Source of the DNA: an uncultured Methanolobus sp.
Lineage (GTDB): Archaea > Halobacteriota > Methanosarcinia > Methanosarcinales > Methanosarcinaceae
Reading direction: 5' to 3'
Assembly (NCBI GenBank): GCA_963675495.1
Contig: OY776215.1
Location: forward strand, 1,632,001 to 1,696,000
DNA: 64,000 nucleotides
Of this stretch, positions 41,604 to 51,382 are shown piece by piece. The position numbers were made by a program, and so were the translations under genes. How positions within the stretch are numbered: position 1 is the stretch's first letter; each line of letters starts with the position of its first letter. The notes under the pieces are model-generated. The model was not told the DNA's origin and searched no databases. It saw only the letters and a program-made list of their open reading frames with translations.

Positions 41604-42017
41604 TTATTTATCCTGCTGCTCACCACAACTGTAGCAACATCCTTTATGCACACAAATTGTGCCACCACATTTAGAACACGTCCACTTTGTTCTCTCATTT
41701 TCTAAAAATGCCGTGATACCAAGTTTTTGAATATTTTCAAGATTTTCGATCATACTCATATTGTATTTAGTTCGGTACCTTTTGTCCAGATGTTTTAGTT
41801 TATCACATGGAAAATCACTGCATTCAAAACAAAATTGTGCATCACTTTTTTTAAAAAAGGTACAGTTTTTGATCTTACATTTTGTACGGGTAACTGGTTT
41901 ATTAAGATTAGATTCCCGGCAACCATGACATTTGTTTTTTTCTCGCAGATATGCCATGCAAATACTACAATTCATCCCGCATGGAGCAATAAGCAATTTT
42001 TCATTAGATTTTGCCAT
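41604..42017 (-). CDS. DUF3795 Cys-rich protein
   Basis: APCGMNCSIC, CHGC, CFECSDFPC and C-terminal CSKC..CYSC motifs. Confidence 0.85.
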   Translation of the reverse strand: MAKSNEKLLIAPCGMNCSICMAYLREKNKCHGCRESNLNKPVTRTKCKIKNCTFFKKSDAQFCFECSDFPCDKLKHLDKRYRTKYNMSMIENLENIQKLGITAFLENERTKWTCSKCGGTICVHKGCCYSCGEQQDK

Positions 42018-42120
42018 AGCATATAACATATTATTTTCATTTTTCAAAGCTTTTCCGACAAACAACATTCTTTTTGGAAAAATCTTAAATCAATTATATA
42101 TCACATAAACTATTAAATAG

Positions 42121-42146
42121 AAGAAGGGAGCGTGAACTCCCATCTT
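42121..42146. promoter_or_regulatory. Inverted repeat GGGAG-N6-CTCCC just downstream of a TATA-like box
   Basis: AAGA-A-GGGAG CGTGAA CTCCC-A-TCTT after TATTAAATA. Confidence 0.45.
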
Positions 42147-42175
42147 TATTGCAAATAATCAAAGGGGAATTACAA

Positions 42176-43543
42176 TTGGTGAAAATAAGTTCTGTTAATC
42201 CTGCAACAGGGGAATTGAATGGAGAATTCAGTCTCTATTCTCAACAAGTGGTCGATCAAAAGATAGAGAACTCGAGAAAAGCATTAGCTGAATGGAAAAA
42301 AGAACTTATTGTTGAAAGAACGTTTTCCATTGAATGTGTAGCTGAAGTTCTAAGAAGCAGGGAACAGGAACTTGCGGAGATAATCACAAAGGAAATGGGT
42401 AAACCAATCAAAGAATCTCTTGCAGAGATCGAGAAATGTGCCTGGACATGCGATTATTTTGCAGAGAATGCAGATCAGTTCCTTGCAGCAGAATTTGTGG
42501 AAACCGATGCTGAAACATCTGGCTTTGTCTATGAACCTGCTGGTGTTGTCCTGAGCATCATGCCTTGGAACTTTCCTTTCTGGCAAGCACTGAGGTTTGG
42601 AATACCAGCTCTTGCAGGTGGAAATACAGTACTGTTAAAACATGCAAGCAACGTACCAATGTGTGCCCTTGAAATTGAGAAGATCTTTGCTGAAGCAGGA
42701 TTTCCTGAAGGAGTTTATCAGACACTGCTGGTAGATGGACCTACGGCATCCTCACTAATACCAAGAAACGAAATAAATGCTGTCACTTTTACAGGCAGCC
42801 GTCCTGCAGGGGAAAAGGTTGCAGAAGCCGCAGGCAGGAACATAAAAAAATTTGTTCTTGAGCTTGGGGGCAGTGATCCTTTGATCGTGCTGGAAGATGC
42901 AGATATCGAAAAAGTGGCAAAAGCAGCAGTTTCAGCCAGGTTCCAGAACTGTGGACAAAGCTGTATTGCAGCCAAACGTTTACTTGTTGATGAGAAAATT
43001 GCGGAAAGCTTCACAGACCTGTTCATAGACAATACAAGTAACCTAAATGTAGGAGATCCAATGGACCCGAAGACCGATATGGGACCCATGGTAAGCGAAA
43101 AGCAAAGGGAGTTCTTGAGCCAGCAGGTATCCGATACCCTGAAAATAGGAGCTAACGTACTGCTTGAAGGTGGTTCGAAAGATGGAGAAGGGGCATTCTA
43201 CATGCCAACAGTCCTCGATAATATAAACAAAGATGCTCCCGTTGTCCGGGATGAGACTTTTGGGCCAGTGGCACCTATTATTACTTTTAAGGACGAGGAA
43301 GAAGCTATTAAAATAGCTAACAGCACGGAATTCGGACTTGGTGCAAGTATCTGGAGCAGGGAAACTGAGAAAGCCATGGGGATGACAAGGTATATAGAAG
43401 CCGGCCTTATTACTATCAATAACATTGTGGGTTCAGATCCACGACTGCCATTTGGAGGTATGAAGAAAAGTGGCGTCGGAAGAGAACTATACCGTGTCGG
43501 AATGCTTGAGTTCATGAATGTTAAATCCATGAAGGTGTACTAA
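42176..43543 (+). CDS. NAD(P)-dependent aldehyde dehydrogenase, SSADH-like, paralog 2
   Basis: IMPWNFPFWQ, LKHAS, ELGGSDP, GQSCIA and SDPRLPFGG motifs; TTG/GTG start after GGGGA. Confidence 0.92.
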   Translation: MVKISSVNPATGELNGEFSLYSQQVVDQKIENSRKALAEWKKELIVERTFSIECVAEVLRSREQELAEIITKEMGKPIKESLAEIEKCAWTCDYFAENADQFLAAEFVETDAETSGFVYEPAGVVLSIMPWNFPFWQALRFGIPALAGGNTVLLKHASNVPMCALEIEKIFAEAGFPEGVYQTLLVDGPTASSLIPRNEINAVTFTGSRPAGEKVAEAAGRNIKKFVLELGGSDPLIVLEDADIEKVAKAAVSARFQNCGQSCIAAKRLLVDEKIAESFTDLFIDNTSNLNVGDPMDPKTDMGPMVSEKQREFLSQQVSDTLKIGANVLLEGGSKDGEGAFYMPTVLDNINKDAPVVRDETFGPVAPIITFKDEEEAIKIANSTEFGLGASIWSRETEKAMGMTRYIEAGLITINNIVGSDPRLPFGGMKKSGVGRELYRVGMLEFMNVKSMKVY

Positions 43544-43545
43544 GA

Positions 43546-45183
43546 ATGAAAGGTAGCGAGCTCTTTGTAAAATGTCTTGAGAATGAGGGTGTCGAATATA
43601 TATTCGGTGTACCAGGAGAGGAGACAATTGACCTTACAGAATCCCTCCGCAAATCCAGGATTAAATTCATCCCTACTAGGCATGAACAAAGTGCCGCTTT
43701 TATGGCAGATGTCTATGGAAGACTTACACACAGACCCGGTGTCTGCCTCGCAACACTGGGACCTGGTGCCACAAACCTGATCACAGGCGTTGCCGATGCA
43801 CAACTTGACAGAGCACCCCTTGTGGCTATCACAGGCCAGTCAGCACTTGAGAAAACCCATAAGGAATCGCATCAATATATCGACATTGTGACTGCTTTCA
43901 AACAGTTCACAACCTGGAATTCAAAAGTTACAAGACCTGATTTCATCCCTGAGATAATTCACAAGGCCTTTGATATTGCTTCTGATCGTCCTGGAGCTAC
44001 ACACATAGAGCTTCCTGAAGATGTGGCTAAGGAAGAAACAACAAAAGAACCGATTTCAAAAAAGGCATATCCACACATCAGTATTCATGATCAAAGAGAG
44101 CTCAAAAAAGCTGCAGATATGATCAAAGAAAGCTCAATGCCTGTTATTCTTGCAGGAAACGGTATCTTTAGGGGAGACGCTTCCACTGAACTTAGAAAAC
44201 TTGTTGAATTCACTGGTCTGCCGGTCGTAACCACATTTATGGGCAAGGGTGCATTGCCTGCTGATGATGAGCACTACCTTGGTTCAATGGGCATTAAAGA
44301 CCACGATCACATTATGTGTGGTTTTGAAATGGCTGACCTTATTATCTGCATAGGGTACGACTATGTGGAATACAGCCCCAGATTCTGGAACCCTGACAGC
44401 TCAAAGAAGATAATACATATTCATACAGATCACCCGGAGATAGATGAAAGTTACATTCCGGACATTATGCTTATCGGCAATATCAGGCAGGCACTTTTCA
44501 ATATGAGACAGCAATGTGATTTCAAAAGAGAGATACCTGATAGATTCTCTTACGTCCGCTCAAGGATGAAAGCAGAAATTGAGAATTACAGAGAGAATCT
44601 GTCGTTCCCCATGAAACCACAGAAGATAATCTATGATGTAAGAGAATCTCTTGAAAGGAGTGACCTGCTGATAAGCGATGTAGGTGCTCATAAATTATGG
44701 GTTGGAAGGCTTTTTCCTGCATATGAACCAAACACTGTATTTATGTCCAACGGACTTGCAACAATGGGATTTGCACTTCCCGGCGCCATTGTAGCAAGTA
44801 TGATAAAACCTGATAAGAAGGTTGTTGCCATTGCAGGAGATGGTGGTTTCCTCATGAATGTCCAGGATCTTGAAACAGCTGTTAGACTTGGGTGTAATTT
44901 CGTAGTCATTATTTTCAATGACTCAAAATACGGACTCATTGAATGGCATGAGAAGAAGACTTTCGACCAGACCATGGGTATTGACTTTACAAATCCTGAC
45001 TTTGTTATGCTGGCTCATAGCTTCGGTGCAAAAGGTGTGAAGATCGAAAGAGCAGAAGACTTAAAGCCAAAGCTAATTGAAGCACTTGACACAGGTGGTG
45101 TCTGGCTGCTCGATGTACCGGTAGATTACTCGGAGAACATCAAGCTGACTGAAAAATTGAAAAGCACTTTCTGTGAGATATGA
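43546..45183 (+). CDS. ThDP-dependent acetolactate-synthase-like enzyme (candidate 2-oxoglutarate decarboxylase)
   Basis: RHEQSAAFMA, TLGPGATN, ESHQY and GDGGFLMN motifs; begins 2 nt after the SSADH stop; no small-subunit gene. Confidence 0.88.
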   Translation: MKGSELFVKCLENEGVEYIFGVPGEETIDLTESLRKSRIKFIPTRHEQSAAFMADVYGRLTHRPGVCLATLGPGATNLITGVADAQLDRAPLVAITGQSALEKTHKESHQYIDIVTAFKQFTTWNSKVTRPDFIPEIIHKAFDIASDRPGATHIELPEDVAKEETTKEPISKKAYPHISIHDQRELKKAADMIKESSMPVILAGNGIFRGDASTELRKLVEFTGLPVVTTFMGKGALPADDEHYLGSMGIKDHDHIMCGFEMADLIICIGYDYVEYSPRFWNPDSSKKIIHIHTDHPEIDESYIPDIMLIGNIRQALFNMRQQCDFKREIPDRFSYVRSRMKAEIENYRENLSFPMKPQKIIYDVRESLERSDLLISDVGAHKLWVGRLFPAYEPNTVFMSNGLATMGFALPGAIVASMIKPDKKVVAIAGDGGFLMNVQDLETAVRLGCNFVVIIFNDSKYGLIEWHEKKTFDQTMGIDFTNPDFVMLAHSFGAKGVKIERAEDLKPKLIEALDTGGVWLLDVPVDYSENIKLTEKLKSTFCEI

Positions 45184-45192
45184 AAAAGAGGA

Positions 45193-45492
45193 TCAATCCC
45201 TCACATCTACATCTTTCCAGAATGCAACGTAGTTCCTGAAGTCCTTACCTACCTTTTCGGATGAACCCTCTTTTGGCTCAGGATAGTACCATGCAGCATC
45301 TGTGTTGACCTTTCCATCAACGACAACATCATAATAATTTGAAACTCCTTTCCAGGGGCACGTTGTATGATAGTCACTTTTTTTGAAGTATTCCATATTC
45401 ACCGAATCCGGTGGGAAATAATGGTTACCTTCAATCATAATCGTTTCACTGCTCTCTGCAAGAATAGTTTTGTTCCATGTAGCTTTTGCCAT
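45193..45492 (-). CDS. DUF427 protein
   Basis: EGNHYFP, CPWKG, AAWYYPEP and YVAFW motifs. Confidence 0.9.
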   Translation of the reverse strand: MAKATWNKTILAESSETIMIEGNHYFPPDSVNMEYFKKSDYHTTCPWKGVSNYYDVVVDGKVNTDAAWYYPEPKEGSSEKVGKDFRNYVAFWKDVDVRD

Positions 45493-45676
45493 AATGACCA
45501 CTCCTAAAATACCAATATGTAATTCATTTCATATAGTTTAAAAAATTAGTGTTCAGACCCTTAGCCAACTTCCTTCAAAATACATACATTTATAAAAAGT
45601 GGACTTAATCTATATTAAAGGGAAGTCGTGGTCGAAATACAGTTACAATAAAAAAGCGATTTCGGGGTGTTGAATT

Positions 45677-46588
45677 ATGAGAAAGACTATTTTAATATTA
45701 TTAGTTGTAATTATGGCTTTGTTTGCCAGTGGGTGCACAGATGAGCCTGCTGATGCTGAAGAAATGAAAGAAACTGTTGTGATAGGATCTAAACTATTCC
45801 AGGAGTCCTATATTCTGGCACATATGACAGCTCTTATGCTTGAGGATGCAGGATATGAAACAGATGTCAAACAGGGACTCGGCGGCACATTTGTTAATTA
45901 TGAAGCATTGAAAGCTGGTCAGATACACGTATATGCTGAATATACAGGTACTGCTTACAGCCAGATACTCGACCTGAGCCAGCTTGATGACTGGGACAGG
46001 CAGGTAGTTTATGACGCAACAGAAACTGGTCTTATGGAACAGGATGGAGTGATGGTAATTAGCAACCTTGGATTTGAGGATGCATATGCAATTGCGGTAA
46101 GAGAGGACTGGGCTGCCGAGAATAATGTCACGAAGGTAAGTGACCTTGAACCATATGCTGCAGAACTGACAATTGGAACTGACCCTGAATTTGCAACTCG
46201 TGAGGATGGTCTTCCACGCATAAATGATGTTTACGGCATTGAGTTCATGGATTACAAACAGGCAGTTGCCACTGTAATGTATGAAGCTATCAAGAGTGAT
46301 GAAGTAGAGGTCATTTCCGCTTACACAACTGATACAAGAAATGAAGTTTTTGAGCTCAGAGTGCTTGAAGATGACAAGAATGCTCTGCCACCTTACGATG
46401 CTATCCTTATAGTAACAGGGCAATTCGCAGAAGAGAATCCTGAAGCTGTTGCTGCAATGCAGAAACTCGACGGTGCTATAGACACCGATACCATGAGACA
46501 ATTGAACTACCAGTTCGACATTGAACAAAAAGAACCACGAGATATCGCATATCAGTTCCTTATTGATGAAGAACTAATAGAGGAATAA
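45677..46588 (+). CDS. Glycine betaine/choline (osmoprotectant) ABC substrate-binding lipoprotein
   Basis: Lipobox ASGC; GSKLFQE, EYTGT, F..REDG, YTTD and PPYDA motifs. Confidence 0.9.
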   Translation: MRKTILILLVVIMALFASGCTDEPADAEEMKETVVIGSKLFQESYILAHMTALMLEDAGYETDVKQGLGGTFVNYEALKAGQIHVYAEYTGTAYSQILDLSQLDDWDRQVVYDATETGLMEQDGVMVISNLGFEDAYAIAVREDWAAENNVTKVSDLEPYAAELTIGTDPEFATREDGLPRINDVYGIEFMDYKQAVATVMYEAIKSDEVEVISAYTTDTRNEVFELRVLEDDKNALPPYDAILIVTGQFAEENPEAVAAMQKLDGAIDTDTMRQLNYQFDIEQKEPRDIAYQFLIDEELIEE

Positions 46589-46646
46589 GGGAGATTACAT
46601 TCTTCCTTACTATTTTTAGAAATATAGAAATTCTTATGGTGCAGAT

Positions 46647-47774
46647 ATGCAAACTAAACGGCTATTTGACCGAATCGATTCTATCCAGTTCAAGGGGATC
46701 ACAAAAAAATACGGCTCTGGATTTGCAGTAAAAGACCTGGACCTGGAAATAAATGGCGGAGAACTGTTGATTCTTATCGGACCCAGCGGTTCGGGAAAAA
46801 CTACCACGCTGAGAATGATTAACCGGATGATAGAGCAGGATTCCGGAAGTGTCACCATCAATGATCTTGACACGCGGGAAACAGATCCGGTTCGCCTGCG
46901 TCGTAATATGGGCTATGTTATCCAGAATATCGGACTGTTCCCTCATATGACAATTGGGGAAAATATCGGCCTTGTTCCAAAACTTGAAGGCTGGGATAAG
47001 AAAAAGATAGAAGAGCGAGTACGGAAACTTCTGGATTTCGTATCTCTTCCACCTGAAATGTTTATGAACAGGTATCCAAGACAATTGAGTGGAGGACAGC
47101 AACAAAGGGTCGGACTTGCAAGGGCCATGGCAATGGACCCACCTCTGTTCCTGATGGACGAACCTTTTGGTGCACTGGACCCTATATTGCGCAAACAACT
47201 GCAAAAAGAGTTTCTGAAGGTCAAAAACGAAATCAACCGGACAATTGTGTTTGTGACCCATGACATTGAGGAAGCACTCATACTCGGTGACAGGATAGCC
47301 ATAATGGACCAGGCAAAACTTGTACAGGTAGGTCCCCCTGAAGAACTCATCTTTAATCCTGTAAACGATCTTGTTGCTGATATCGTCGATACCCAGCGTA
47401 AATTCAAACACATGGATACTCTTAACGTTAAAGATCTGATGTCTCCATTTGAGGAGAAATATACCTTTGAAGGAAAAATGGAAGCATGCGATGCCGTTGA
47501 GGAGATGACAAATAAAGATATCGAAAATGCATTCATATTTGATGGGAATGAACTCCTGGGACAGGTCACAATGATGGACCTTATGAAATGCAGGACTAAA
47601 TCTCAAAAGCTGGCTGATATAGCCAAACCCATGAAAACTTTCCAGCCACTGGATTCTGTTGCACTTGCGCTTTCCGAAATAAAGAAAAGTGGAGAACACC
47701 TTGCGATCGTCATGGATTCAAAACATCCTATTGGTATCCTTATATCTGACGAGGTACTGCTGAAACTTATCTGA
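46647..47774 (+). CDS. Osmoprotectant ABC ATPase with CBS domains
   Basis: GPSGSGKTT, LSGGQQQR and MDEPFGALD motifs; C-terminal CBS region. Confidence 0.92.
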   Translation: MQTKRLFDRIDSIQFKGITKKYGSGFAVKDLDLEINGGELLILIGPSGSGKTTTLRMINRMIEQDSGSVTINDLDTRETDPVRLRRNMGYVIQNIGLFPHMTIGENIGLVPKLEGWDKKKIEERVRKLLDFVSLPPEMFMNRYPRQLSGGQQQRVGLARAMAMDPPLFLMDEPFGALDPILRKQLQKEFLKVKNEINRTIVFVTHDIEEALILGDRIAIMDQAKLVQVGPPEELIFNPVNDLVADIVDTQRKFKHMDTLNVKDLMSPFEEKYTFEGKMEACDAVEEMTNKDIENAFIFDGNELLGQVTMMDLMKCRTKSQKLADIAKPMKTFQPLDSVALALSEIKKSGEHLAIVMDSKHPIGILISDEVLLKLI

Positions 47775-47784
47775 AGGAAAACTT

Positions 47785-48426
47785 ATGTCAACATTACAGA
47801 TCATAACGAATGTCTGGGATAAGCACCTTATGACAATGCGTACCATTGAACATTTGCAGATGTTCAGCATAGCTTTGCTGTTATCTATAATAATAGGCGT
47901 TACTGTTGGCGTCATTATATATATGAAGCCCAAGACTGCAAATCCCGTACTTAATTTCCTTAATATCGTGGAGACAATACCGGATCTGGCACTCATTGTA
48001 CTGCTTCTTCCAATACTCAAACTTGGTGCCGGCCCAACCATTGCCGCATGCGTACTGTATTCTATACTTCCAATTGCAAGGAACACTTACACAGGGCTGA
48101 AAGGTGTGGATGAGCAATACACCTACGTTGCTCACGCTATAGGTCTGTCTCCACGCGAAGCATTGTTCAAAGTGAGAATTCCCATGTCATTGCCACTAAT
48201 AGCAGGTGGTATCAGAATAGCACTTGTATTCTGCATGGGTGTCGTGACCCTTGGAGGACTGGTTGCTGCAGGAGGACTCGGAACAGTACTACAGAACGGG
48301 ATTCAGCTCTACCAGAAAGATGTTATCCTCATTGCAGGATTGTGGACAGGATTACTTGCAGTTTTTCTTGATGGTTTTGCAGGCATTGTTGAGAAAAAAC
48401 TTCATGAGAGGTATGGAACATGGTAA
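47785..48426 (+). CDS. Osmoprotectant ABC permease
   Basis: TIP.LA, LPIARNTYTG and GGLG motifs. Confidence 0.9.
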   Translation: MSTLQIITNVWDKHLMTMRTIEHLQMFSIALLLSIIIGVTVGVIIYMKPKTANPVLNFLNIVETIPDLALIVLLLPILKLGAGPTIAACVLYSILPIARNTYTGLKGVDEQYTYVAHAIGLSPREALFKVRIPMSLPLIAGGIRIALVFCMGVVTLGGLVAAGGLGTVLQNGIQLYQKDVILIAGLWTGLLAVFLDGFAGIVEKKLHERYGTW

Positions 48427-49034
48427 TCCTTGAAACAGTACTTGAGGCGACCTGGGAACACATTATCCTCGTATATACTACATTATTTGTGAGTATAGCC
48501 GTTTCAATTCCACTTGCCTTTGCAGCACTTTACAGTAAGAAACTGGAATTTGCTGTGATGAAATTTGCAAATCTGGTACAAGCGGTTCCCAGCTTTGCTG
48601 TTGTAGCAATTATGGTTCCGTTCCTTGGAATTGGTTTTACCCCTGCTGTGGTTGCTATAATGCTGCGTGCACTGCTTCCAATTATCAAAAATACTTACAT
48701 CGGTCTGAGCAATGTCGACCCTGCACTGATAGATTATGCGGAAGGTATCGGACTGAGTCAGTGGCAAATTAACATGCACATAAGACTTCCAAATGCATAT
48801 CCTGCAATGTTTGCGGGAATTAAATTTGCCGGTATCCTTGCGAACAGTATTGCGGTATTGACAGCTTTTATCGGAAGTGGTGGACTGGGAGAGATAATAT
48901 TCCAGGGACTCATTGGCTACAACACCCGTACTCTCCTGGCAGGTGCTATACCTGCGATCATGCTTGCGATACTAATTGATCTTTCTTTCACAATGCTTGA
49001 GAAAAAGGTCACTCCTGGATATATGAAAGAATAA
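48420..49034 (+). CDS. Osmoprotectant ABC permease
   Basis: QAVPSFA, LPIIKNTYIG and GSGGLG motifs. Confidence 0.9.
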   Translation: MVILETVLEATWEHIILVYTTLFVSIAVSIPLAFAALYSKKLEFAVMKFANLVQAVPSFAVVAIMVPFLGIGFTPAVVAIMLRALLPIIKNTYIGLSNVDPALIDYAEGIGLSQWQINMHIRLPNAYPAMFAGIKFAGILANSIAVLTAFIGSGGLGEIIFQGLIGYNTRTLLAGAIPAIMLAILIDLSFTMLEKKVTPGYMKE

Positions 49035-49095
49035 AAAAGACATACACCAATCCTTTTAATCCTTCGTTGCGTTAGAGCAAAAACGGACTGAAAAA

Positions 49096-49896
49096 ATGAG
49101 CCTTAAGGATGAACTGAAAGGGATTATACCTGAAAAGGAACTCGAACAGCTACCAAATCGTTTTGACATTGTAGGAGATATTGCCATTGTATCTGTTCCT
49201 GAAAATATGGAAAAATACAATAGTGTGATAGCTCAGGCTATAATGGGAAGAATGCAGAACATTAAGACTGTGCTGAACAAGGTCTCAAAACTTGAAGGGA
49301 ACAGAAGAGTTGCTGATTTTGAGATTATTGCTGGTCACAATACAGAGACCATTCACAAGGAATTCGGTTTTGCCTACAGGATTAACTTGAAACAGTCTTT
49401 TTTTAACGGCAGACTCGCTTTTGAAAGAAAAAGAGTGGCATCAATGGTAAAACCTGGTGAGGATGTACTTGTACCATTTTGTGGCGTTGGTCCCTTTGCA
49501 ATACCTGCTGCATCGGCCGGTGCGAAGGTAGTTGCAGTGGAAATGAATAGTGAAGCCTGTAAATCTTTTGTGCATAACTGTAAGCTCAATAAGGTTGAAG
49601 ATAACATCCACATAATCAATGCTGATGCAAACAGTATTCCCAACATGATCAAAAAACAATTTGACAGGGCTATCATACCAACACCCTATGGCATGGACCA
49701 TTTTCTTGAAAGCATTTCCTCACTTGTAAAAACAGGGGGACATATCCATTTCTATACTTTCAAACCCAAAGAGCAAATGCCGGAATTAATAGAAGAATAC
49801 GAAAAGATGGGATTTGAACTCCAGTTCCATCGAAGATGTGGTAATGTGGCACCCGGAATTAGCAGATGGGGGTTCGATCTTAAAACTGAGGTTTGA
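49096..49896 (+). CDS. Met-10+/Trm5-Taw2-family SAM-dependent tRNA-modifying enzyme
   Basis: FDIVGDIA, ETIHKEFG, RL..ER.RV and FCGVGPF motifs. Confidence 0.82.
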   Translation: MSLKDELKGIIPEKELEQLPNRFDIVGDIAIVSVPENMEKYNSVIAQAIMGRMQNIKTVLNKVSKLEGNRRVADFEIIAGHNTETIHKEFGFAYRINLKQSFFNGRLAFERKRVASMVKPGEDVLVPFCGVGPFAIPAASAGAKVVAVEMNSEACKSFVHNCKLNKVEDNIHIINADANSIPNMIKKQFDRAIIPTPYGMDHFLESISSLVKTGGHIHFYTFKPKEQMPELIEEYEKMGFELQFHRRCGNVAPGISRWGFDLKTEV

Positions 49897-49925
49897 AAGT
49901 TTTTCAAAAATAGACGTAATATACC

Positions 49926-50555
49926 TCACTCCTCCAGAGACCCCATAAGCAAATAGAAATACTGCGCTTCGTGTGTAACATACAACTGATACCATGCTTC
50001 GAGTGTCTGGGCCGAGAACACGTTAAGCTCTCTGAGAACTTCACGCGCGAACTCCAGAGGAGCAACACCTGATGCAGTGATCAGATTATCATCATGAACC
50101 ACAGATTTATGACGATAGAACTTATCTCCGGCGTAAGTAGGACAGACTGCTTTCAGATATCCTAAATCATTGCTGGTGTGAAGACGGTTGTCCACCAGTC
50201 CTGCTTTGGCAAGGCCCATTGTTGCACCACAAATAGCAGCCACAAGAACACCTGCATTCAGGAACTCTTTGACTTTATCCAGCATAGGAATATGGATATC
50301 CTCCAGCCAGGTATCACCACCAGATAGAATCAGCACTCCTGTATCATCAGTTGTGCACTCTTCAAGACTTATATCTGGTGTGATGCGCACTCCTCCCATG
50401 GTGACAACAGGTTCTTTTGTAATACCAACTGTCCTGACAATGTATTTTGTAGCATCCTTTTGGAAGTAGCGGCCCGTATTCATTTCAGCTATCAGAAAGC
50501 CTGGCTCCCAGTCGGCCATGGTGTTAAAGACATATAGATAAGCTATCTTGGTCAT
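49926..50555 (-). CDS. DJ-1/PfpI-family protein
   Basis: ADWE, GG..W, AAICGA, HTSN and ITASG motifs. Confidence 0.9.
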   Translation of the reverse strand: MTKIAYLYVFNTMADWEPGFLIAEMNTGRYFQKDATKYIVRTVGITKEPVVTMGGVRITPDISLEECTTDDTGVLILSGGDTWLEDIHIPMLDKVKEFLNAGVLVAAICGATMGLAKAGLVDNRLHTSNDLGYLKAVCPTYAGDKFYRHKSVVHDDNLITASGVAPLEFAREVLRELNVFSAQTLEAWYQLYVTHEAQYFYLLMGSLEE

Positions 50556-50611
50556 GGTAATTTTCCGGATTGTTGAAGTATATTAGCTTTGATGAATTAT
50601 ATTATGTTACT

Positions 50612-50720
50612 GTATAATAGTTATGAAATGATGAAAATAATTAAATCCAGACTACAAATTTCCAGACAGGCAATTCGAAACATCTTGTGGATTTAAATTA
50701 ATTATTTCATAACTTTATAC
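50612..50720. repeat. About 110-bp imperfect inverted repeat
   Basis: AGTTATGAAAT (50619-50629) pairs with ATTTCATAACT (50704-50714); TTAAATCCA (50641-50649) pairs with TGGATTTAA (50688-50696). Confidence 0.6.
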
Positions 50721-51382
50721 TGCACATGTAAGAAATCCTCTTTAAGCACTTCATGACCTAACATTTTGAGCATTTGTCCTGATTTTGTTACTTTTCCAAA
50801 AATAGTTTCACTACCATCCCCTACTATAACAGGAGCTATGATAAAATCGATTTTGTCAATTAAGCCTTCATCCAGCATTATGTCGCAAAGGGTAGTTCCA
50901 CTGTCTATGACAATTCTTTTGAAGCCGTATCTATTTGTGCAAATTTCCAACGCTTTTCTATAATCTACGTGTTCTTCTCCTGCAACAACATATTCATAAT
51001 TCCTTTCACGGAGATAGTTAATGTATGAAAGAGGTGTTTTTTCAGAGACTAACAATATTATGTCCTTACAGTACTCTGATCTTCTTAAAACATGCAGTAA
51101 GCCTTCAAGAGTTCCAGATGTGTCAACTATTATCCAGTAGGGATTGCAAAATGGACTCCCATCATTTGATTTTATCTGAGTTTTACTGAAGTCTGAATTC
51201 TCTTCTGGGGGTATTTCCCCTATGAAGATCTCAATTCCGGTTTTAGCTGTAACCGATCCCACCAGTGTTGCATCAGGGTTTAGTGAACTCAATATCTGAT
51301 AATGTAACTCCAGGTCAATATCAAATCCATTTATTGCTCCATCAAAACTTATTGTATTGTGCATTAGAATTTCCGGAAACAT
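50702..51382 (-). CDS. RibD C-terminal/dihydrofolate-reductase-family protein
   Basis: ISFDG, LVGSVT, IVDTSG, IDSG..L and IAPVIVG motifs. Confidence 0.85.
   Translation of the reverse strand: MFPEILMHNTISFDGAINGFDIDLELHYQILSSLNPDATLVGSVTAKTGIEIFIGEIPPEENSDFSKTQIKSNDGSPFCNPYWIIVDTSGTLEGLLHVLRRSEYCKDIILLVSEKTPLSYINYLRERNYEYVVAGEEHVDYRKALEICTNRYGFKRIVIDSGTTLCDIMLDEGLIDKIDFIIAPVIVGDGSETIFGKVTKSGQMLKMLGHEVLKEDFLHVQYKVMK

Noticed and set aside
46662-47699. 345-aa antisense ORF (similar shadows at 24713-25561, 45794-46528, 56995-57672 and 62908-63570)
   Set aside because: Each lies opposite a well-supported conserved gene and has no recognisable motifs; explained by codon-bias shadowing
45677-49034. 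Functional link between the betaine-type ABC importer and the Pyl-free MtmB
   Set aside because: About 9 kb apart with housekeeping genes between them; osmoprotection alone explains the transporter
50628-50670. C-box-like ATGATGA suggesting a C/D guide RNA
   Set aside because: No properly spaced C' box or terminal CTGA D box
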